64,000 nucleotides of DNA from assembly GCA_963830915.1 (NCBI GenBank), contig CAWHOE010000051.1, positions 32,001-96,000 of the forward strand, written 5' to 3'. Position 1 is the stretch's first letter, and each line of letters opens with the position of its first letter. The position numbers and the translations under genes were made by a program. Below, piece by piece: positions 1 through 8,739 of this stretch. Source of the DNA: a candidate division FCPU426 bacterium (lineage in GTDB: Bacteria; Oederibacteriota; Muellerivitia; Muellerivitales; Muellerivitaceae). The notes beneath the pieces were generated by a model. That model was not told the origin of the DNA and searched no databases. It saw only the letters and a program-made list of their open reading frames with translations.

Positions 1-2
1 AT

Positions 3-173
3 AGGACCCAATGGAAGGCCTTTATCCGGCTGGATCTGGTCAGTTCCGCCCTGCCGACGCTCCGGTCGATCCTTGAAAGACCCTTGACCGATCCGGAAAG
101 GACTTTTCTTGATGCCGCCGTGGAACAATTCATCGAGGAGAGTGTTCAGGGAAATGACCGAGTGAAGTCTTGA
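3..173 (+). CDS. 3' end of an upstream gene (partial, unknown product)
   Basis: Open frame from the window edge (RTQWKAFIRLDLVSS...DRVKS) ending at TGA 171-173, directly before the RBS of the next gene. Confidence 0.45.
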   Translation, partial: RTQWKAFIRLDLVSSALPTLRSILERPLTDPERTFLDAAVEQFIEESVQGNDRVKS

Positions 174-196
174 AGCTTCCCAAAAGGAGAGAAACC

Positions 197-628
197 ATGT
201 TGAAGACCATCGGAGGGTTTTGGTTATTAGGGTTGCCGCTTATTCTCGGAACGCTCTATGGATGCGGCGGTATGAAACGGATCCAAAACGCGGAGGTGTC
301 CTCGAAACCGATGTCGAACGAGGCCGCTTCCGCGCCTAGCGCCGTTCCAAGATTATCTGGTCACTATATTGTCGAAAAGAACGACTGCCTGTGGAAGATC
401 GCTGGTCAACCAAGGGTTTACGGAAATCCTTTCCAGTGGCCCATTCTTTTCAAGACCAACCGGGACGAGATCAAGGATCCAGACCTGATCTATCCGCGTC
501 AAGTCTTGAAGGTCGAGGAAGGATGGGACAAGGAAACGAGGGATCGTGCCCGACAATTGGCAAAGGCTACGCCGAAATATGTGGCCCATGACAAGCCCAG
601 GGAGACATTACCGGTCGATTACTTTTAG
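197..628 (+). CDS. LysM peptidoglycan-binding lipoprotein
   Basis: AGGAGA RBS before ATG 197; lipobox-like LYGC; LysM motif YIVEKNDCLWKIA...NRDEIKDPDLIYPRQVLKV. Confidence 0.85.
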   Translation: MLKTIGGFWLLGLPLILGTLYGCGGMKRIQNAEVSSKPMSNEAASAPSAVPRLSGHYIVEKNDCLWKIAGQPRVYGNPFQWPILFKTNRDEIKDPDLIYPRQVLKVEEGWDKETRDRARQLAKATPKYVAHDKPRETLPVDYF

Positions 629-780
629 CGTTTAAGGTTTTTGTCGGTTTTGGCACTGATTTTATCCCGGCAGTTTTATCCAACCCCGTCTGTCTGGGCG
701 GGGAAAGGGGACGGGGAACGAACCGTCCGGCTGGATGGCTCGTTCCCTGAAGTTCAATTTTTAAAAAAAAGGGGGAAGTT

Positions 781-972
781 ATGAAGAAGTTGCTCGCTTC
801 GGTATTGACCATCATGTTCTTGGGGGTGATATCGGGACCGCTTTTCGCCCAAACACCCGCGCCGGAAAAGACGCCGGTCGCCAAGACCATGAAGCACAAG
901 AAGACGCATAAGAAGAGGATGGAAAAAGCTAAAAAGGCCGCGACGCCAAGCACCACACCCACGGCCAAATAA
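781..972 (+). CDS. small secreted Lys/His/Ala/Thr-rich protein
   Basis: GGGGGA RBS; signal peptide MKKLLASVLTIMFLGVISGPLFA; basic low-complexity mature part. Confidence 0.7.
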   Translation: MKKLLASVLTIMFLGVISGPLFAQTPAPEKTPVAKTMKHKKTHKKRMEKAKKAATPSTTPTAK

Positions 973-1026
973 AGAGGTTGTCCGGTCCCCGGGGTTTACC
1001 CGGGGACTAGACCCAAGGATCCCAGG

Positions 1027-1218
1027 ATGGAATGCAAGCAAATCCAAAGTCTTTATAAACCGTACCTATCAGGCCAATTGCCGCCAGATCAAGCGGCGTT
1101 CTTTAAGGAACATATCGGCGACTGTCCCGATTGTTTCTTGATGGATCTTGAGAAGCGAATGGCTTTCGTGGAGGAAAAAACGGGAATCGTCCTGAATGAT
1201 CAGGCGCGTTCGCGTTGA
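1027..1218 (+). CDS. stand-alone zf-HC2 (anti-sigma-type zinc finger) small protein
   Basis: MxC...YLSGQL...HIGDCPDC (HxxxCxxC) pattern. Confidence 0.7.
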   Translation: MECKQIQSLYKPYLSGQLPPDQAAFFKEHIGDCPDCFLMDLEKRMAFVEEKTGIVLNDQARSR

Positions 1219-1277
1219 CCCGATCTAGTCGCTCCGAAAAATAATTAGCGGAAAGAAAACAAGGGAAGAGGGAATAC

Positions 1278-1829
1278 ATGGGAAAAAGGACACAGACCAA
1301 CATTACGATCACGGACCGAGAATTGGTCATACGAAAGATTTTTAACGCGCCTCGGGAAGAGGTGTTCAAGGCTTGGACGGCACTGGAATACCTGGCGGAT
1401 TGGTGGGGACCCAAAGGTTACGTATTGAGGGAGGGACGGTTGAAATTCAAACCGGGCTGTGTTTTTCATTACGGACTGAAACAACCGAATTGGCCCGGGT
1501 TGTTGTGGGGAAAATTGGTTTATCAAGAGATCGTCCCGCCAGTGAAGATCATCTACACCAGTTCATATTCCGATGAGTTTGGGAATGCCATACGACATCC
1601 CTTCATTCCCACTTGGCCCATGCAAACCGTTAGTAAGGTGATCCTTTTGGAAAATGCCGGGAAGACTTTCCTGACCCTGAAGATCGGACCGCAATACGCG
1701 ACGGACAAGGAATACATGACCTTCCAGAACCGGATGGGCGAAGTGAGAAAGGAATTCGAAGAGATTCTTTTGAAGCTCGATGAACATTTGACGAATCACC
1801 GAGCGGTCAATGTTTCCCGGACGTCATGA
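1278..1829 (+). CDS. SRPBCC/AHSA1 domain protein
   Basis: ELVIRKIFNAPREEVFKAWT...WWGP motif typical of AHSA1/SRPBCC. Confidence 0.85.
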   Translation: MGKRTQTNITITDRELVIRKIFNAPREEVFKAWTALEYLADWWGPKGYVLREGRLKFKPGCVFHYGLKQPNWPGLLWGKLVYQEIVPPVKIIYTSSYSDEFGNAIRHPFIPTWPMQTVSKVILLENAGKTFLTLKIGPQYATDKEYMTFQNRMGEVRKEFEEILLKLDEHLTNHRAVNVSRTS

Positions 1830-1946
1830 ATGGGATCCGTGATTTTACGCTTGGAAGGGGACTGTGGTGGTAGGCGAGGAATTCGATGGGAAGTGGGATC
1901 GAAGCCTCTTGGTAATATCGGCTCAGATCCTTTTGGGAGGTTCGCG

Positions 1947-3299
1947 ATGAAAAAAATTGCGTTGGCCCTGTTGATGGTTCTTTTGGTGTCCGGAGGCAAA
2001 GCCCTGGCTTTCAGGGGAGGAGGCGGAACGAGTGGCGGAGGAAGTTGGGGGGGCGGGGGAACCAATAACGGTGGTGGATGGAGTGGTGGAGGAGCAAGCG
2101 GCGACCGAGGTGGAGGAGGTAGTTGGAATAGCGGGGGGACCGTAGGGAGTAGCCGAGGAACTGGAGGAAGTTGGAGCGGAAGCGGAAGGGTTTCCTCTGG
2201 TGGAAGTTACCACAATAACGGGAGCCGTTGGGGCAGCGGTAGGTCCTATTCTTCCGGTTGGGGGTTGAGGAATGGCGGCAATGTCTACTCTCATCACGCC
2301 TGGAATGGGGCTTGGAGCAGGAATAACGGAGGGTTCGGGACCGCCCAGCACCACTTTCAACGGGCCAACAGTTTCAATGGCTATCAAGGTTGGGGTGGGG
2401 GAAATAAGAGTGCCCAAGGGCTCCATCATTTCACGGCTTCGAATAGCCGGCCGACATTGAAAAGTAGTTCCGCCAGGCCTCAGGCATTGGCCAACAGGTC
2501 CATCCTACCCAACTCTTTGCGGCATAGCTCACCCGCCATTCCTGCTCGTTCCCCATCCGGACATGGCTTTTCGGCGCGGTCCGTTCCTCCCAGCAATATG
2601 AGCTCTTCTGAGGTGAAAGGCCGGATGGCGACCGTCGCCGGGGATAAGGCGTTCCTGGGCCGATTCGGGATCAACAGTCAATATCGGCCCAACCATTACT
2701 ATTGGAACAATTGGAATGGTAACAATTATTGCTTTTACCGCGACGGCTGGGGAGGCGATTGGTGCGGGTGGAATTGCGGGGCTGGTTTTTTCTGGACCCA
2801 GTATTACTGCGGAAACTGGTGGTGGGAGGATCCCTGGACGGATAACTGGTGCTATTGGAACGCCGGTAATTGGTGCTGGCAGAACCCCGTGAATACCAAC
2901 GTTTACGTCTATGAAAACGGTAATTACGTGCCGGCCAATGGGGACAACGGCTATGTCCAAGATCAAGGGAATAACGGGTATCAATCGGCACCGGTTAACA
3001 ATGAAACACAGATGGAAAGTTACAACAGCCCTACGGACCGTCAGAACCTGACTTCCGAGGAAGGCGAGATCATCTTTCAAAGCGAACATAACAGCCGATT
3101 CGTGAAATTGGTGGGTAATAACAAGGACGCCTTTTTGTTTGACGCGGTCAAGGGGTCGTTCCGCCCTGTTTTCCTGGAAACGAACGTACAGGGAGTCCGG
3201 TTCACCGGTTCGGGGAAGAACATGAAGATCCAATTGACCCTTCAGGACGGAGCGGTGGAAATTTTCAAGGCGGATGGAAGTATGGTGGACGGTGCTTGA
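1947..3299 (+). CDS. secreted Gly-rich/Trp-rich hypothetical protein (paralog of 6828-8183)
   Basis: GGGAGG RBS, signal peptide MKKIALALLMVLLVSGGKALA, GGSW repeats, Trp/Tyr/Cys-rich block, C-terminal domain shared with 6828-8183. Confidence 0.8.
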   Translation: MKKIALALLMVLLVSGGKALAFRGGGGTSGGGSWGGGGTNNGGGWSGGGASGDRGGGGSWNSGGTVGSSRGTGGSWSGSGRVSSGGSYHNNGSRWGSGRSYSSGWGLRNGGNVYSHHAWNGAWSRNNGGFGTAQHHFQRANSFNGYQGWGGGNKSAQGLHHFTASNSRPTLKSSSARPQALANRSILPNSLRHSSPAIPARSPSGHGFSARSVPPSNMSSSEVKGRMATVAGDKAFLGRFGINSQYRPNHYYWNNWNGNNYCFYRDGWGGDWCGWNCGAGFFWTQYYCGNWWWEDPWTDNWCYWNAGNWCWQNPVNTNVYVYENGNYVPANGDNGYVQDQGNNGYQSAPVNNETQMESYNSPTDRQNLTSEEGEIIFQSEHNSRFVKLVGNNKDAFLFDAVKGSFRPVFLETNVQGVRFTGSGKNMKIQLTLQDGAVEIFKADGSMVDGA

Positions 3300-3345
3300 G
3301 CGTAACCGCGATCAGGGATGTTTTTCAAAGGTAAAGGAGTGGGAC

Positions 3346-3519
3346 ATGAAAAAAGAAGACGAAAAACAACCGAAGCCGAACCTGGAGGCGTTCTGGAGTG
3401 AGATCAGCCAAAGGGCGGAAGAAATATATAAAAAGAGGATCGCGGACGGCAAGTCGGGGGACCAGTTATCGGATTGGTATCAGGCGGAAAAAGAAACCAA
3501 GAAAAAATACGGCTTGTGA
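3346..3519 (+). CDS. DUF2934-like small protein
   Basis: AAGGAG RBS; EISQRAEEIYKKR...GDQLSDWYQAEKE matches the IxxRAYxLW...DWxxAE pattern. Confidence 0.75.
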   Translation: MKKEDEKQPKPNLEAFWSEISQRAEEIYKKRIADGKSGDQLSDWYQAEKETKKKYGL

Positions 3520-3543
3520 TCTGAAAAACCATTTGGAGGAAAT

Positions 3544-4506
3544 ATGAAAATAATTATCTGTCTGTTTTTAATGTGTCTGTTCGTGGTTCCGGTTTTCGCA
3601 GTGGATGATACAGCCTGTGGTCTCATCGCGATGGGACAGATCGGTTTGAGCGGGATCAACCAAAGGATCATGAAAGAACACCCGGATAAAAAAGGGGTTT
3701 ATTGGAATATCGTCGGCACAGCCTATCACGACTTTTCAAAGGTCCCTAAAAGCGATGTGATCATCGGCCTCAGCGGATATCGGGATGTGGGTGTGATCTA
3801 CAACGGCGGACGACAGATGGTCGAGGACGCCGGAGCGGGGTTCGCTTATTTCCATAAGGCGAAGGATGATTGGAAGTTGATCCAAGTGGAATTGACGGAT
3901 GGGAAGAAATACAAAGGTTTCGAGGGCGCGGATCTCATTTCGCAGGGGATCGACCAATTAGTGATCTATTCCTCGGCTGGCGCAACGCAAATAGCGGATG
4001 TCTATGTCTTTAACGCCGAAGGGAAATTCACGAATGTGGCGGCTTTGCGAGGTTTTGGGGAAGGCCCGCTGGTCACCCGTGAACATGGGCAAGCCCTCAT
4101 GGTGGATTTTCAAAGGGCCATGGTCAAAACGGGGGATGAGTTCCAGATCTATTACGGACGGCCCTATCGATGGACCGGAAGTGAATTCCTCGAGGATAAG
4201 GATGAGTTCTTGAACCTGATCCAAGCCTACGATCCGCTTCATCCACTCAATGATCATTCCTTGAAGGATCTGATTTTCTGTGAGAACTACCTTACCTATC
4301 ATCCGAAAGACTTTTGCGTTCTTGCTGATTGTTACGACTTGAGTCGACGATTAGGTTTGAAAGATAAGGTGGATAAATATCGAGGACAATTGCTCGATAT
4401 GAAAGACCAACCGGTCGATTGCCATTTTTGCGACGATTGGCTCGCTGGTAAGAACAAGGCGGCTCAACAGCTATATTTAGAATTGCTGTCATCCAAAAGA
4501 AAATAA
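3544..4506 (+). CDS. secreted hypothetical protein
   Basis: GGAGG RBS, signal peptide, 320-aa ORF, C-terminal CxxC (DCHFC). Confidence 0.75.
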   Translation: MKIIICLFLMCLFVVPVFAVDDTACGLIAMGQIGLSGINQRIMKEHPDKKGVYWNIVGTAYHDFSKVPKSDVIIGLSGYRDVGVIYNGGRQMVEDAGAGFAYFHKAKDDWKLIQVELTDGKKYKGFEGADLISQGIDQLVIYSSAGATQIADVYVFNAEGKFTNVAALRGFGEGPLVTREHGQALMVDFQRAMVKTGDEFQIYYGRPYRWTGSEFLEDKDEFLNLIQAYDPLHPLNDHSLKDLIFCENYLTYHPKDFCVLADCYDLSRRLGLKDKVDKYRGQLLDMKDQPVDCHFCDDWLAGKNKAAQQLYLELLSSKRK

Positions 4507-4675
4507 CGGCTGGATTTTAACGGTTCAAGATATGTGTTAATCCGTTTTCCCAAAACCCATCCGTTTTCTGCTTGTCTAAAATCGATTTGACAATTTATTA
4601 ATGTTTCCCGAAGGATCATCTATCAGATGCTTGATAGGTGGAGGGGAATCCTATCCACGTCGGAAGGAGACTCCT

Positions 4676-6022
4676 ATGTCAGTAGACCTGATAGATAGAC
4701 CCTCGTCGGAATCTGAAGATAGTTCCCAAAAGAAAACTCAGTCCATCTTGGCGGAAATCCCACTCAAGAACATCCGGCCTAACCCCGACAACCCCGGGCC
4801 GGCCATCACCGACGATATGGTCCTGGACATGGCGACCAACATCGAGGAGGTGGGGCTGAAGAACCCTATCAAGGTCATGGCGGACAAGAACAGCTCCCAG
4901 GGCGCTACAGAGAGCACTTACATCATCCTAGGCGGGGAATTGAGGTATCGGGCTTTTCTAAAGCTGGGTAAGGCGACCATCCCGGCCTTTATCCTGGACC
5001 CCACCCCCGAAGAAGCTGTCATCATCACCTATACGGACAATGCCGTTCGGGATAGGGGCTGGTGGGCGGACTACCAGACCATTGAGAACCTCATTAAGGC
5101 CAACCCGGACCTGTCCCAAAGGCAGGTCGCGACCAAATTGAAGATGGATCTGGTAAAAGTTAATTGGGCGCTCCAGCTGTTACCCCTCCTAAACCCAGAG
5201 GCGAGAGGGTTAATTGTTTGGAATCCAAACAATTCAAATAAGGGAATTCTGGGTATTTCAGAGGTCGCGGCCTACCAATTGACCCGCTTAGGCCCTGGGA
5301 CGGGTCTAAAGCCGGGGGTTAAGCCCAAGGCCCTGCCGGAAGGTGAGGAAGCCCAGAAGCTCTGGCCCTACCCCCCCATCCCACCCGAAACCCAGGACCT
5401 GGTCCGCCGGGCCTTGGAGGTGGCTATCGACCATAAGATGACCGAAGCCCAGGTGAAGGGCCTGGTAGCCCATATTCAATCAGGGAACCAGCCGGAAGAT
5501 TACACCCCTCATAAGGCTGTAAAGCCAAAAGCATCTTCAGGCGAAGAGGCTCTCCATAAGCCGCTTCATGTCCACGACTTAATAGCTCAGAAGGCCAAGG
5601 AGGTAGTCGCCAAGTTACAGGTTAAGCCGGAAGAACCTATGGATGAACCTCCTGGGGATAGTCTCAAGCCTGCCAGCCATCATAGCCATGGAACCGGAAC
5701 CGCTAAATCAAGTCCTGGGAGGGTGTTGTCTCCCGTTTTGAACGTCCTGGGCGTTCTAGGGTTTTGGCTGATTGTTAAACCCACTTATTGGGTTTGGAAG
5801 CAGATCCTCAAGGTGGTATCCAGGTTCCTACAGCACCCAGGCAATTTCATGAAGAAACTGGTAGTGGGTACCTTCGTATTCATCTTTTGGACGGCCTTGG
5901 CGTGCCTTTTGTACGTGGTCCTTCATTGGAGTTGGACCCATTACGGGCGGGCTGGGTATGAGAAGTATGTTCGACCAGAATTGCCTTGGGCTGAGTCAAC
6001 CTCTGTTCCGAACACAATCTGA
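4676..6022 (+). CDS. ParB/Srx N-terminal domain + HTH + two C-terminal hydrophobic segments (probably the N-terminal part of a frameshifted gene)
   Basis: AAGGAG RBS; IPLKNIRPNPDNP, GLKNPIKV, IILGGELRYRA, HTH LSQRQVATKLKM; hydrophobic segments near the C-terminus. Confidence 0.75.
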   Translation: MSVDLIDRPSSESEDSSQKKTQSILAEIPLKNIRPNPDNPGPAITDDMVLDMATNIEEVGLKNPIKVMADKNSSQGATESTYIILGGELRYRAFLKLGKATIPAFILDPTPEEAVIITYTDNAVRDRGWWADYQTIENLIKANPDLSQRQVATKLKMDLVKVNWALQLLPLLNPEARGLIVWNPNNSNKGILGISEVAAYQLTRLGPGTGLKPGVKPKALPEGEEAQKLWPYPPIPPETQDLVRRALEVAIDHKMTEAQVKGLVAHIQSGNQPEDYTPHKAVKPKASSGEEALHKPLHVHDLIAQKAKEVVAKLQVKPEEPMDEPPGDSLKPASHHSHGTGTAKSSPGRVLSPVLNVLGVLGFWLIVKPTYWVWKQILKVVSRFLQHPGNFMKKLVVGTFVFIFWTALACLLYVVLHWSWTHYGRAGYEKYVRPELPWAESTSVPNTI

Positions 6023-6614
6023 GGAACACGCCTTGAGTGTGCCAATATCCGGAGAGGGTATTGGTGCATCTGTCCCGAAACCTCAAGTTGAGGGCGCTGA
6101 TTCCTCTATGGAATCAGCACACCCAAGTCTTGGGTCTCAACTTGTGGTTTCGACCCAGGGGCAAGGTGTGAGTGTGCCAATATCAAATGTAGATATTGGC
6201 ATCCCCGAGGAGCTGAAGGGAAGGGTCGCCAATGACGCTGGCATCGCCATGGCTTTCGCCGTGAACTTCTACGGGGTTTCGGATGATGTCCCCTCCGACC
6301 AGTTGAAATACATGGACGACTATACGAATGAAAATTACACCAAGGACTTTTTCAAGGAATTCTTCCCCAAGGAAAAGTTAAAGGAGATCCGGTCTCAAAA
6401 ACTGAACCTGTTCTTCCAGCCTTCCAAACCCCCGAAAGTCTTGAAGTTGGACAAGGACTCGGGTGAGTATTTGGTGGAAGGGGTGGAGACGACCGTGAGC
6501 GAAAAGGGCAAAACAAAACAAATCGTTTCCGAAAGACCGGTTGGCTTGATCATTGATTTTGATGACCGCCCTTCCGCTAATGGCGGCATCGTCAAAGTGA
6601 CCGAGGTGAAGTGA
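5958..6614 (+). CDS. SVP-repeat linker + globular domain (possibly NTF2/VirB8-like); likely C-terminal part of the preceding gene
   Basis: Overlaps the previous ORF in the +1 frame, has no signal peptide and continues its SVP repeat; an alternative TTG start at 6033 has GAGGA upstream. Confidence 0.6.
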   Translation: MRSMFDQNCLGLSQPLFRTQSEEHALSVPISGEGIGASVPKPQVEGADSSMESAHPSLGSQLVVSTQGQGVSVPISNVDIGIPEELKGRVANDAGIAMAFAVNFYGVSDDVPSDQLKYMDDYTNENYTKDFFKEFFPKEKLKEIRSQKLNLFFQPSKPPKVLKLDKDSGEYLVEGVETTVSEKGKTKQIVSERPVGLIIDFDDRPSANGGIVKVTEVK

Positions 6615-6827
6615 AAAATACGGATTCCGTAAAGGGGCAAAAAGTAAAACGAGGACAGGCCCTTTTTTGTTCCGTGAATAATCCGGCGAGATGGATTTAT
6701 GCGAACGCCTTTCTAATAGGCCTGTTTCCTGTCATTTATTTTTAACCGAAATAGGTTCTGGTTCGTCTAATCTATAATGACGAAAAGGCTTCGGCCTTTA
6801 AGTACATTCAATCAGGAGAGATAACCG

Positions 6828-8183
6828 ATGAAACGTTTATCATTGCTTTTCATGATCCTTGCTTTGATCCTGCCGATAACGACGAAAGCCCAAGATCGCA
6901 ATGGAAAGGAGGGGAACGGTAAAGGCTCTTACAGCCAACCAGTCCGGCAAGCGAGCCGCCCGGCGGCCCATGTTGCCCGTCAACCGGTGGTGATCAATAT
7001 GAGCCGGCCTTCCAGCGGCGGCCACAACAGCAATTACCCCGCTCAACAGGCGGCCCCCCAACAAAGGCAGAAACCCTCTTACGGACAAATGAATTGGTCC
7101 CAACCGGCCCGGCAAACCCAGCCGCAGGTACGGGCCAACGTTTCTTTTGGTCAACCCGCCGTCCAACGTTACAGCGTCAAGTCTTACGCGAGTCCGGGGA
7201 TGAAAGCCGCGAACGCGGTCCATCACCATCCCTATACGCAGGGTTATGTGCGCAAGAAACTTCAGAAGATCGGTGTGACCGTCGAGCCCAGCTATATCAC
7301 CGACCGGGCGGAGATCATCCATACCGACCGAGCCCATTCCGTGATCGAATTCCCGAAACATGGGCCGGATAAGATGCTCATCACCGCTACCGCCATCTCT
7401 CCCCGCCATTTCAATGACGAGGCGGTTCGGGACCATATGGCCCTGATCAGCGGGGATGAGTGGCACTTGAAAGTGCAAGATTTGAACCGCGTGGAGATCC
7501 AGGTGGGCCACCACTATTGGCACCAGGAGAACGGTTTCAACTACTGCCATTACCTGGATAATTACGGCTATCACTGGTACGGTTGGTATGTGGGGAATCA
7601 GTTCTTTTGGAACCGCTATTTCAACGGCCGCTGGTGGTGGTATGACACGGACTTCGACCGCTGGTGTTTCTGGAACAACGGGTTTTGGTGGTGGCAGGAT
7701 CCTTATCACGTGGGCGACCTCTACTGCTACAACAACACCAACTATATTCCCTGTAATTCGGACCAAGACCAGGTGGTCGTGACGGCCCCTGCCGCTTCCT
7801 CGCTACAAGCCTATAACAGCCCGGATGGCACCCGCATCGTGAAGGTGGACAGCACCACCCAGGACGCGTTCCTCTACGACACGGCCAACCCGCCATCTTT
7901 CGAGCCGATCTATCTGGCCTCGGGGGTCAAGAACGTTCAATACTCCGACACGAGCAATGGAAGGCCTTTGGAGATCGTTCTGACTTTGAACGACGGGTCT
8001 TTCGATATGTTCGACGGGCAAGGGAATCCTTACAATCCTGGGGCTTTCGACGCGGACCAGGCGGCCCAGAGCAACGCCAATACCAACACAATGCCGGATA
8101 GCGGGGCGCCATCCACCTATAATCCGCCGCCCGACGGAGGAACGCCTCCGACCAGCGCTCCCTCGGCCGGTTCGGGAACCTGA
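6828..8183 (+). CDS. secreted Trp-rich hypothetical protein (paralog of 1947-3299)
   Basis: AGGAG RBS, signal peptide, Q/P/S-rich N-terminus, W-rich block, DAFLYD...F.P.YL motif shared with 1947-3299. Confidence 0.8.
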   Translation: MKRLSLLFMILALILPITTKAQDRNGKEGNGKGSYSQPVRQASRPAAHVARQPVVINMSRPSSGGHNSNYPAQQAAPQQRQKPSYGQMNWSQPARQTQPQVRANVSFGQPAVQRYSVKSYASPGMKAANAVHHHPYTQGYVRKKLQKIGVTVEPSYITDRAEIIHTDRAHSVIEFPKHGPDKMLITATAISPRHFNDEAVRDHMALISGDEWHLKVQDLNRVEIQVGHHYWHQENGFNYCHYLDNYGYHWYGWYVGNQFFWNRYFNGRWWWYDTDFDRWCFWNNGFWWWQDPYHVGDLYCYNNTNYIPCNSDQDQVVVTAPAASSLQAYNSPDGTRIVKVDSTTQDAFLYDTANPPSFEPIYLASGVKNVQYSDTSNGRPLEIVLTLNDGSFDMFDGQGNPYNPGAFDADQAAQSNANTNTMPDSGAPSTYNPPPDGGTPPTSAPSAGSGT

Positions 8184-8210
8184 CAGTAATTAAAAAAGAG
8201 AGAGTGTTTT

Positions 8211-8244
8211 AAAAGGCCGCCTGGTTACTAGGCGGCCTTTTTTT
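8211..8244 (+). terminator. Rho-independent terminator (potentially bidirectional)
   Basis: AAAAGGCCGCCTGG-TTA-CTAGGCGGCCTTTTTTT. Confidence 0.85.
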
Positions 8245-8272
8245 ATTCGATTAAAAATATTTTTTGGGTGTC

Positions 8273-8301
8273 TTGACATTGAATTTTGAGTTCGGTAAAG
8301 T
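8273..8301 (+). promoter_or_regulatory. sigma70-type promoter of the sulfate operon
   Basis: TTGACA-17 nt-TAAAGT with an AT-rich upstream tract. Confidence 0.75.
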
Positions 8302-8313
8302 TCACAACATCAA

Positions 8314-8447
8314 ACGCGGGCTTTGATTTCCAAATTGCTCCGGCGTGTTCCCGAAAGGGGACGAACAGCGAGCTAAAGCGGACAATGAGTTTAAGAGAAT
8401 CTTCCTAAACCCGGGCCGCTTTCAAAGCGACTCGGGTTTTTTGTTTT
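8314..8447 (+). ncRNA. candidate riboswitch copy 1 (SAM-II-like features) with antiterminator/terminator
   Basis: Motif duplicated at 8544-8680 with covarying stems; terminator AAACCCGGG...CTCGGGTTTTTT; AAAGCGG/CCGCTTT antiterminator. Confidence 0.65.
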
Positions 8448-8543
8448 CAAGCGAAAAACCCTTTAAATACATAGGCTGCCCTGGTGGATCCTAACGGATC
8501 CAAAGGGCAGGACGCCCAAAAAGTCGATTTGGAATGGGTGTCA

Positions 8544-8680
8544 ACGGTGAGGCTTTAATGTCCAACTTGCCCCGACCGCGTTTCCTGAAATGGGAACGAA
8601 CAGGGCGCTAAAGCGGTGTTGAGATTATTGAATTTCCATAATCCCGGCCCGCTTCGTAGGGGGTCCGGGATTTTTTATTT
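8544..8680 (+). ncRNA. candidate riboswitch copy 2 with antiterminator/terminator
   Basis: Second copy of the GGCTTTRAT.TCCAA.TTGC...GAAA hairpin...ACGAACAG..GCTAAAGCGG motif; terminator AATCCCGG...CCGGGATTTTTTATTT. Confidence 0.65.
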
Positions 8681-8739
8681 GGACCCGAGCGGTCATCGGT
8701 ACGCGATAAACACCGAAAATTAAATAAAGGGGTTCGAAA

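Noticed and set aside
2010..2400. GGAAGTTGG-type repeats as a CRISPR array or DNA repeat
   Set aside because: They encode GGSW Gly-rich peptide repeats, with no fixed repeat-spacer structure and no cas genes
8558..8611. Short ORF MSNLPRPRFLKWERTGR* (and an analogous TTG frame in copy 1) as an attenuator leader peptide
   Set aside because: No Cys/Met codon run, and the peptide is not conserved between copies while nucleotide pairing is; an RNA-level explanation fits better
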